Source: Azolla caroliniana
Lineage: Eukaryota > Plantae > Polypodiophyta
Assembly (NCBI GenBank): GCA_043228905.1
Contig: JBHGNT010000009.1
Location: 1,302,001 to 1,366,000 of the forward strand
DNA: 64,000 bases
Direction of reading: 5' to 3'
A model generated the notes under the pieces. It saw only the letters and a list, made by a program, of their open reading frames with translations. It had not been told where the DNA came from and made no database searches. Each line of letters opens with the position of its first letter. The stretch's first letter is position 1. A program made the position numbers and the translations under genes. Of this stretch, positions 39,439 through 49,733 are shown piece after piece.

Positions 39439-42400
39439 GCGGAATCCCACGACATATTTGGTGAACCCGACGTGAAGGGTGGCGACGGAGAGTGGAGGTT
39501 GAGGCCGAAGACTTCGAGGGGAGGAGTCGAGGAGCGGCGCATTGTCATGAGCGAGGTTGAACGAGTCGACCATTACAGCGGCAGGGAGGGTGCAAAACGA
39601 ATCGCCCTCTATTACATGGTGAGAAAGACTGACCAGGCGAAGGTCGGGAATCGGGATGAAGATGATCGAGGGTGCGGAACGAGTCCGGCAGGATCGGCAT
39701 CAGAGCCGAAAATCCGGACATTGGAGAATCAAGCCCAGACAGGGCTTGATCGATCATAGAGCGGATGCTTTCCACAGACAACACTAAAACGGTCGGTGGC
39801 CCGAATGAGTTGTCGGGAGTTGTTATGAAATCAGTGTACCCACATCTTGACCGGAGTCTTCGGTAGTTCAGCCGGCGTGGCAACATGAGACCGAAAGAGA
39901 AGGGAGATGGAGGCGGGAGCACAGCAAGGAGAGCGACGACGAGTTCCGGAGAAGTTCAAGGGACGGATGCGGAGAACGAAGACCGGTCCTATGGGTCACC
40001 TCACACCGGATCTAGAGACTTCAGCGGTCGGCATCGGATCCGACGTATGACAAAGATACTGACAGTGGCGGCAGGAGAACGGGACCCAATAATCCAAAGA
40101 ATGACGGACGAACCCGGACGAGAACCGGGCGGAGCGTAATTCCGGATAACCTATCCGGAAGGGAGGAAGAGAGCAGGCCTACGAAGAGGCCGGGAACACG
40201 GTACGTCGGTACCACGGGAGAGGGTGTGGAGTGAGCCACCCTCTCGACATGCAGAGAGAGACGACCAGGGATAAGGGTCCGAGATACGAAGAGCTCGAGG
40301 AGGATCCTTTACACCGGTTCTAGAGACTCCGGCGGTCGGCCCGAGAGCTGGCGTGAGACCTAGAGTGGCAAACAGTGGCGGCGAGGGGACGAAGGCAACC
40401 GAAGGCAGAAAGGGAGGTCTATAGAGATCCTCACACCGATCCGGCGGTCGGCCTGAGTGCCGACGTGAGTCTTATAGGAGAGATCGGTGGCGGCAGGTGA
40501 ACGTGATCGGACGACGGAAGGTAGAGCGAAAGGAGGTATGATGCTGGCAAGGTGGCCATGAACCGGCTAAGGACCCGACCGACAGGGTCGGCAAGAAAAC
40601 ATCGGACGCACTTGGTGCATGAGTTGGTGACCCAACCAAACGGAGGCCCGAGAAGAATCCTTCACACCTGCCCGGAGACCCTGGCTGTTCGGCCAACGTG
40701 GCAACGTAAGACCAAGGAGAAGGTAGGTGGCGGCGAGGGGACGAAGGTGGTGGAGGTCAGCGCAGAGCACGACTAAAGAATGGCACGCACACGATGGTGC
40801 CGGGAACACAGAAAGGGGTGCGCGACGGACTGCATAGGACAGAGACCGAGAACGATATACAAGTCGGAGAAGGATCCTCCACGCCCGCTTCGGAGATCTC
40901 GGCGGCTTAGTTGGAGTGACGACGACTGGCGTGGCAAGCCAAGCCCGAGATGACAAGCCCGAGAGAAAGGCTTCAACCAGGCGGTAGCGCCGCAAGACGA
41001 AAGAGGGCCAAGCAGGCTACTACAGGTATTCCTCAAGCGTAGAGCACACCCACAGGAGAAACGGAAGCAGTGGTGTCGGGACTTTGCACACACCGACTCT
41101 AGAGACTCCGGCATCCGGCCTGAGAGCCCGTGTGAGACCGAGAGTGACAGACGGTAGCGACGGCAAAGAAGGCAACCAAGACAACGCAGCGACGGACTGA
41201 GGCCAAGCAGGCCGTTACGGGCACTCCTCGAGCGGAGGACCCCGGGCTTACGGCGGATAGCGGAGCGTGCATTCGGCCAAGTGAAGGGCCAGCAACGAAG
41301 CACGCGGCGAACGACCTGTCGACGGGTCGAACGAGCCTACTAGGAGGCAAGCGCAAGGAAGAACCAGAGCTGATGGTTCAAACCCGGCAACGATCGATGC
41401 GGCAAGCCTAGATGTGGACATGAAAGACTGGTTTCTCACTGGCCGGAATCCTTCTCCCTTCTCCGGAATTGGCACGTACCGGTGGACGTGCGGTTTGGTG
41501 GGGGTGGATGTCGTGAAGTTTCTGGCACATAGTAAGAAATCGAGAGATATTGGAGGAATCGGCGAGGTGCAACATGTGCACCCATCCTTGTAAATTTGTA
41601 TAGGGAATAGGGGCGCCTTTATGGCGCCGAACGGCAATAATTATGGGATAGAGAATCCCATGTATCGTGGGTTTATCTCACATTCCACGGAACCCTCACC
41701 TTGTTCTATAAAAGGGAGGGCGCGCCCTTTGTATAGGGGTTCCCAGTTTTTCGCTTGGGTTCCAATTTTGCTCTTTCTCTCTTCAGGCTCTATCCTGATT
41801 TGTATGCTTTAGGGTTCACAGAGTTCCCCTCTACGGGTTCCATTGTTGTTCCTATGTAATATAACACAACAGTTTCTGTTCTACTTCTATGTCTTCTTCC
41901 TTTCGTCTTGTTCTCTTTTCTCTGTTTTTGTTAGGGTTTCTGTGTGACCTTTTTGAAGTTCTTCCGTTCTCTTGAAGATGTGAGTTCGTTCGAGTCTGTG
42001 TGTGTGTGCGGGTGTTAAGGTGTCTTCGCTGTCGTTCGTAGTAAACTACGCATTCGGTTGTCTGGTAGGAAGCTCCCTCTTCTCTGGCGTGCAAGACCCA
42101 CAGGAGACGACGAGCTGAACACTCCTGGTAGGCGGTTTGGCAGCAAGAGGTGGTTGTTCAAGAAACGGGGCGTGCCCCGCACGAGGATCCCGTCGCGCGT
42201 CTGAGCCCAAGTGCTCCCCAACCGGTCCTGGGATGCAGGGTCCCTCTTTCCCTCTCTGTGTGGAACCTGTGTCGTGTGCGTGAGGCTGAGTTCTAACGGT
42301 GCCAAAGAGCCGGTGAAAACCGGGTGTGTATGTGTGTGTGCGTGCGCACGGGCGCGGTTAACCGGGCTTTGACCCGTGCCTGTTTTGGGCCCTTGTACAT

Positions 42401-43482
42401 ATGAACCGAAGTGCAGTGAAGATGAGCGCGCGTCTTCTCACTCCGCTGACGGTTATCGGTTGCAACCAAGATGAAACCGGCAGTGCGGCAAGATCCCAAG
42501 GACTCGAGCTGTCGACAACCTCCTCTCTCCTGGTCCATGCCCTCGGTTGTCTCGCCTGGATCCGACATGCAAGCGCAGAATCCCGCGACAACACACTTGT
42601 TCTTTGGTCCTTAGGTGACCCTATTACGCGCTCCTTGTTTCTCCCTTGCTCTCCGTGCTATCTCACCGTAGAGCATACCGTCATCCCGACCTTCTTGTCG
42701 GGGTCCTTCGCGGCTCTTGTTACCGCTTCATCCCGACTTGCGTCCTCTTGGCCCGCTTGGCCTCGCATGTCCTCTAGGACGCCGCGTTTTCTCTTCCCGT
42801 GCGTAGCCCTTTGCTCTTTGCACACCATCCTCCGCTCTTGCCATTCATCCGTCGATCCCGACAACTCACCGCTCCGCCTTCCATCCCATGCTTTCCTCTT
42901 AAAGGCTCGACCGGACCGCTATCACCGGTCACTCGTTGCCGCTCTTCTAGGTGCCTGCTTGTTTCTTGGCCCTTCGCCGCCCGTAGTGCATGCTCCTTTT
43001 CATGCCCTTCATTCGCCGTAGTCCCGACCTCCGCATCGGCCTCTTCTTCCTTCGTCTTCATAGTCCTTTTCGGCTCCGTTTGGCCCTCTTGGCCCTACTC
43101 GTCCGTCTTTCCGCACTGGATACCCGTTTCGGTAACCTCGTCCGCTCCGGCCTCCGACTCCTCGCCGCCACCCACCGTCTCTCCGGTCTTACGTCGATCC
43201 GCAACTGCTGAAGTGTATGGAATAGGTGTGGGGGTAAAAGCATGCGAGTGGAAACACTATTATAGCTAATTAGCTACTAAAATGGCCATAGCTAATTAGC
43301 TATTTGTTTAGCTAGTCTTTTTTGTGGGAAAATTAAATATTTGAAAAACTAATTTATGAAAAAACTCAAATATTTGAACTTCTGTTTCAGACGTAGTGGA
43401 ACTTGGGGAATATCACCATCATCTAAGGTCGACTTCAATGTCATCAATTTCCTGTTTAGCCTAAGTCTGATTTTGAACGCAG

Positions 43483-46400
43483 ATGGAGTACTCAGAGCAC
43501 GAACGCAGACGTAGCTCCCGCAACAGCAAAAAATCGACATTGCAGATTGAGAGCTACAACACAGAACCCGCTCGATCATCGTCCAGGTATGTTTCAGTTA
43601 CAGAAACCCCAAACATTTGTTTTTTCTTTTTGACTACTGTCTGAACTTTGGTGCCGATTCATATTTCCCCAAAATCGAATAGGGCGAAGTCCTTGGAGTC
43701 CCATACAAGGATGTCTCGCAAATCGGGGAGTAGCAACAGGTGTGTTTATATTACTTTTTTTTTGTTTAATCCTGTCTTTAGTGATGATTGGGGTTTCTGA
43801 TTGAAATTTCTGATTAGGGTTTTTGTTTATAAATTTCTTATTAGAATTTCTGATTAGGGTTTGTGATTGAAATTTCTGATTAGGGTTTGTGATTGAAATT
43901 TCTGATTAGGGTTTTTGATTATAAATTTCTGATTAGAATTTCTGAATAGGGTTTCTGGTTACAAATTTTGATTACAAATTAGAATTTCTGATTAGGGTTT
44001 TTGTTTATAAATTTCTGCTTAGGATTTCTGATTAGGGTTTGTGATTGAAATTTTTGATTAGGGTTTCTGATTGAAATTTCTGATTAGGGTTTTTGATTAT
44101 AAATTTCTGATTAGAATTTCTGAATAAGGTTTCTGGTTACAAACTTCTGATTACAGATTTTGATTAGGGTTTCTGATTTCAAACTTTTGATTACAGATTT
44201 TGATTAGGGTTTCTGATTTCAAATTTCTGAATACAAATTATGATTAGGGTTTCTGATTTGCTAAGTTAAAGATTTTGCACCATTTTTGTTGTTGTTGATT
44301 GGGGTTTTTGATTCTCACATATTCTGATTTTGCACTATTTCTGATTTCTGAAATGATATTTTAGATGGCTCGTTCCTCCGTATACGAGAGTGCTAAACTT
44401 CGCAAAATTTTGCGAGACAAAGGAGGACTTCCACAACACCTATGGTCTGTCACTCGAGGGTGTTGACCCTGCTGTCCTAAGTGATAAATTGATCAGTGAT
44501 ATAGACTGGATGACAGTATATACAGTGCCTAGAGTCAAAGGCAAGGTCAAGCTGAAGCATGTACGAGCCGACTTGTACGATGACTGCATGAGACTGCACC
44601 AGAAAGTTCATCAGGAGATCCCAGTCAACAATGAGTTGTCAGTTTCATTTGCTAGAGCATTTGCATATGAGTACTGCAAAACAGCGAAGGAATCTAGAGA
44701 CCCTGAAATGTATAGGGTAGCTTGGGCAGTCTATGGTGAGGCATCGGTAAAAAGATGCCGAAAGATGGGGACCTTGGCACAAAAAATAGACAGATTTTGG
44801 AGCATGGCAGCTGTTGATGCAACTGCCGACTCCCAGCAAGACCGGGGGCATACACCACACCGACACCCAAGGAAAGCCAATGTCGATGATACAGGTGAGA
44901 CATTGGTTAGCTATATGCTAAAAAATGTCCATGAAGCCTGTGAGACATTGGCATTTTTTAAGACTGATTTAGAGAAAGCCACAATTGCTTCTGCAATGGA
45001 GAGCAAAGTTACTTCTGCTGTTACAACAATTAGAAATAAGATTCAGGTAACTATTGTTTTGCTGGTATGTGATTGTGTTATAAATAACGGGTAAAATGTG
45101 CTAATCAAGCATTATCTGGAATAGGTTGCGCAACAGGAGCTTGAATTAGAGGGGCCACTGGATCCCCAGCGTAAAATAGAACTGCAAATAGAGATCCAGG
45201 TTCTTTCAATGAACCTGGACCTTCTAGGTGTAAATACTGTTGCAGATTACAATTTGGATAAGCTTCAAGTAAGTTAACGATTCCTGAGCAAAGTTGGTGT
45301 ATCTTTCAACAACAAGAATAATTAATCGGTAAATTTCTCTGTTGCGTTGAAGGAACAATACATTCATCAAGAACAGGTAGTTAGCTGCCTTAAGAAGAAG
45401 CTACATTTTGTGGAGGGAATGGTAAGGACCAGACAGGATTTGGACCTGAACATTCTTGCTCCCTTACCAAATGAAGTAGAACCAGAAAATGATTTATTGA
45501 CAGTTCAAGCACGTTGCATCGCTTGCGGGTTAGGTGTGGAGGACAAAACTGCGTCTTTGTTGGTTCACCTACAACCATGCAACCACACATACCATCTGCT
45601 TTGTTTTCAACATGCCTGTCGAATTGCTGCATTCTGTTTGGGAGATTGCAGTACAACTCTACCAAATGAGTGGAGAAAACTAACAGGTATACCATACTGT
45701 AGCTAATAAGCTTAGTCTTTTCTAATTAGCTATCCTACTAGCTAATTAGCTACTGGCAGCTAATGAGCTACTAGCTAATTAGCTATCCTAGTAGCTAATT
45801 AGCTATGGTACTAGCTAATTAGCTAGTACCATAGTTGTGTAAAAAAGCTAAATAGCTATCCTACTAGCTAATTAGCCACTGGCAACTAATTAGCTATCCT
45901 AGTAACTAATTAGCTACTGCCATAGTTGTGTAAAGTAGCTAATAAGCTATCCTAGTAGCTAATTAGCTATGGTACTAGCTAATTAGCTAGTACCATAGTT
46001 GTGTAAAAAAGCTAATTAGCTATCCTACTAGCTAATTAGCTACTGGCAACTAATTAGCTATCCTACTAGCGAATTAGCTATCCTAGTAGCTAATTAGCTA
46101 CTGGCAACTAATTAGCTATCCTACTAGCTAATTAGCTATCATAGTAGCTAATTAGCTACTGACATAGTTGTGTAAAGTAGCTAATAAGCTATCCTAGTAG
46201 CTAATTAGCTACTGGCAGCTAATTAGCTATCCTAGTAGCTAATTAGCTACTGGCAGCTAATTAGCTGTCCTAGTAGCTAATAAGCTACCCTAGCTACTAC
46301 ATAGTTCAGAAAGTAGCTAATTAGTTTTCATTGTAGCTAATTAGCTATCCTAGCTACCACCATAGTTAGTAAAGTAGCTAATTAGCTATCCTAGCTACTA

Positions 46401-48121
46401 CCATAGTTAGTAAAGTAGCTAATTAGCTATCCTAGCTACTACCATAGTTGAGTAAAGTAGCTAATTAGCTATCCTAGCTACTACCATAGTTGAGTAAAGT
46501 AGCTAATTAGCTACCATAGTAGCTAATTAGCTATCCTAGCTACTACTATAGTTGTGTAAAGTAGCTAATAAGCTATCCTACTAGCTAATTAGCTATCCTA
46601 GTAGGTAATTAGCTATGGTACTAGCTAATTAGCTAGTACTATAGTTGTGTAAAAAAGCTAATTAGGTATCCTAGTAGCTAATTAGCCACTGGCAACTAAT
46701 TAGCTATCCTAGTAACTAATTAGCTACTGCCATAGTTGTGTAAAGTAGCTAATAAGCTATCCTAGTAGCTAATTAGCTACTAGCAGCTAATTAGCTATCC
46801 TAGTAGCTAATTAGCTATCCTACTAGCTAATTAGCTAGTACCATAGTTGTGTAAAAAAGCTAATTAGCTATCCTACTAGCTAATTAGCTACTGGCAACTA
46901 ATTAGCTATCCTAGTAGCTAATTAGCTATCCTACTAGCTAATTAGCTACTGGCAACTAATTGGCTATCCTACTAGCGAATTAGCTATCCTAGCGAATTAG
47001 CTATCCTAGTAGCTACTGCCATAGTTGTGTAAAGTAGCTAATAAGCTATCCTAGTAGCTAATTAGCTACTGGCAGTTAATTAGCTGTCCTAGTAGCTAAT
47101 AAGCTATCCTAGCTACTACATAGTTCAGAAAGTAGCTAATTAGCTTTCATTGTAGCTAATTAGCTATCCTAGCTACTACCATAGTTAGTAAAGTAGCTAA
47201 TTAGCTATCCTAGCTACTACCATAGTTAGTAAAGTAGCTAATTAGCTATCCTAGCTACTACCATAGTTGAGTAAAGTAGCTAATTAGCTATCCTAGCTAC
47301 TACCATAGTTGAGTAAAGTAGCTAATTAGCTATCCTAACTACTACCATAGTTGAGTAAAGTAGCTAATTAGCTATCATACTAGCTAATTAGCTATCGTAC
47401 TAGCTAATTAGCTATCGTACTAGCTAATTAGCTATCCTAACTACTACCATAGTTGAGTAAAGTACCTAATTAGCTATCATACTAGCTAATTAGCTATCGT
47501 ACTAGCTAATTAGCTATCCTAGCTTCTACCATAGTTTAGTAAAGTAGCTAATTAGCTATCCTAAATAACTGTCATGTTATTGTAGAATCTTGTGGATTAA
47601 GGAAGGCACATGATGTGTCTGGTACTGATGATGCTGCAACAGATGAGGATACTACTGCCAATGTGGCTGAAAGTAAGAGTCCTGCTATCACATCTCCTTC
47701 AGATCAGCTGCACCCTATTCTTTTGGAACTGTGTACTGAATTAGGCAACGATGTGAAATGCCATGAAATAGTGGAAACAACATGTAAAACTGAGGTTCAC
47801 AACAACAGTGTTTATGAACACTTGATGCAACATTTCTTCGAGTCTCAAGACCTTGATTCCACCCCACCGAGCCCAACTACTGAAAATGTCCAAACAGATC
47901 CCTCTGTACTTGAAAAGCTAGTTCAAGAAACAGCTGATGTGCAATTAGCTGCTGAGGCGATGGGAAGGTTGTCGGAGGAGGACACACTTGCGCATTGGGT
48001 CCTAGAAGCAAGGCTAAATGGGGAACCAACCAGAAAAAGGCTGAAGAAGGGGCCACGATCGGGAACAAGACCAGTTACTCGGTCAAGGGGCCCAGACGTA
48101 GTGGAGCGAAATACTGTTTAG
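43483..48121 (+). CDS. Transposon accessory gene A: unknown N-terminal domain + coiled coil + RING-H2-like finger (618 aa as modelled)
   Basis: Exons 43483-43586, 43683-43739, 44365-45046, 45125-45268, 45353-45686 and 47586-48121 join through GT-AG introns in frame with no stops. C-x2-C-x17-C-x-H-x2-H-x2-C-x10-C-x3-C lies in exon 5. Confidence 0.75.
43790..44260. repeat. Intronic ~13/26-bp tandem array containing 12 telobox motifs (TAGGGTTT)
   Basis: Units of the type aaatttctgattagggttt(g/t/c)tgatt inside intron 43740-44364. Confidence 0.9.
45700..47561. repeat. ~1.9-kb intronic array of the palindrome TAGCTAATTAGCTA
   Basis: Dozens of copies separated by short spacers (tcctag, ctggca, ccatagttgtgtaaag) with higher-order duplication, inside intron 45687-47585. 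Confidence 0.97.
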
Positions 48122-48370
48122 TTGGATATGATTGTTAGCTTAGGGATTTTGCTAGGGTTTTATGAAGTTTTACTATCCTGTTGGACAAGTAAAACCTCAG
48201 ATTGGTTGTTGCTTGATCCACATTATGTAATGGAACTCTATGATGTTTTTCCAAGATAATTTGAAGAGTGTTGTTCTATGACTGAAACTCTTTGATGTTC
48301 AGGATATTGTTTTGTGAGACTATTAGTTACTTTGTGAGTGTGAATATGTTGGTGTTTTCTGATGTTGCAG

Positions 48371-49386
48371 AGTCTAAAGGGTTTGATTCTATTGCTCGTA
48401 AGGCCAATGGCAGTGTGGATACTGTTGATGTTGCGGCATGTTTAAAGGGCCCCATCTTGAAAGTAGATGTAGCAACTGACACAAGTGATCTGGTCACACA
48501 AGTTGATCAAGCATGTAGCACGGATGACTTGGTGTTGCAGGTAGATGCAGCATGTAGCACGGATGACTTGGTGTTGCAGGTAGATGCAGCATGTGATACC
48601 AGTGGACTGATATCGAGCAGATCAGTAGCTACATGCACTGAGGTAATCCAAGGATTGATAACTAAGTCGACAAAACAAGAGCACCAGAATGTGAAGCTAG
48701 GCCCAACACAGTCGACTAGGGGTTTAAAGAGGAAAAGGACACCAGTTGTGTCAGCCGAACCTGAGCTGATTGAGATTGATCGTATCCTACCAGAAAATGG
48801 TGTAACAACGGCTCAGTTTCAGGAATGGAAACCTAAACCACTAGAAGTCGAAAGAAGAGCCTTGATCTTGGAGCTTGATAAAGTCTTGATGAGTGTGAGA
48901 TATATGCAGCCAAGGAGGGACGCAAATCAGTTTCTAGAGTGGGCTGTGGAATACTTTGATTTGTTTATTTGGAGTGAAAAACCAAAATCAGATGTGTGGA
49001 AGTGTTTGGCAAGATTCTTCCCAAAATGGCGAAGTCGTTTTAAAGGTCAATGGGCACGACAAAATTGTGAGCAAATGGAAGCTGCAAGATTCAAGAGACT
49101 TTCTGATTTTTGGGCTACTTGGCCTGAATATAATGCCGACAATACATTGATTTTGGATACAGAACATTTCCGACACTACTTCAATATTCAGAGATGCTGT
49201 CTCATTCTACCCGAGGAAATGCCTGAACAGTACCTGGTGCAAATAGTGAGCTGCCAACTAGGTGCATGGTTGTGGACTCCATACCGAGCTCAATATGCGG
49301 ATAATATATGTAGACTCGTTCCACTGACTAGCAAGAGCTTAGCTGTTTATAGGAGATTTGTAGACATTTCCAATGGTAATTTATAA
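48371..49386 (+). CDS. FCP1/NIF (CTD-phosphatase-like HAD) domain exon, probably catalytically dead; separate gene or alternative last exon of gene A
   Basis: RALILELDKVL...FLEWAVEYFDLFIWS...WARQNC...KRLSDFW...YNADNTLILDTE...N...LILP follows the NIF pattern. Acceptor TTGCAG at 48370; KRKR NLS; 13-aa repeats upstream. Confidence 0.7.
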
Positions 49387-49733
49387 ATATGTAAAGAGAT
49401 GACATTATTCAATGAAGAATTTAATTACTTGTTCCCACTGTACTTATCTACTGTGTAATTTGAGGAATATGTTGCAGATTGTTGATTTCATTCTATTGAT
49501 GACTATTTAGCTATTGACAGCTAATTAGCTGCATTTGTACAGCTAATTAGCTACTGATGACTATTTCGCTATAACTTATAACTTAAAACTTAACAAAAAA
49601 GACATGATTTTATTGAGAAAGAAGCACAGAAAGCAGACTGTATACAAGAAATTGATTCCAAACGAATTTATTTAACTGTTTTCGCGAAATACATGTTTGT
49701 TTTACAAGAGAACATGGTAAGTGCTACTTGTAG

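Larger units (their letters stand above)
30782..42590 (+). mobile_element. Non-autonomous tandem element Z: LTR-internal-LTR-internal-LTR
   Basis: LTR starts at 30782, 33438 and 41509; the intact LTR is 41509-42590. The middle LTR (33438-39454) has a PPT before it and a PBS after it. Outer flanks ACGC/ACAC. Internal regions lack gag/pol. Confidence 0.85.

Noticed and set aside
43790-44260. Interstitial telomere or chromosome-fusion scar
   Set aside because: TTAGGG is never directly tandem; it is embedded in a longer unit inside a transposon intron.
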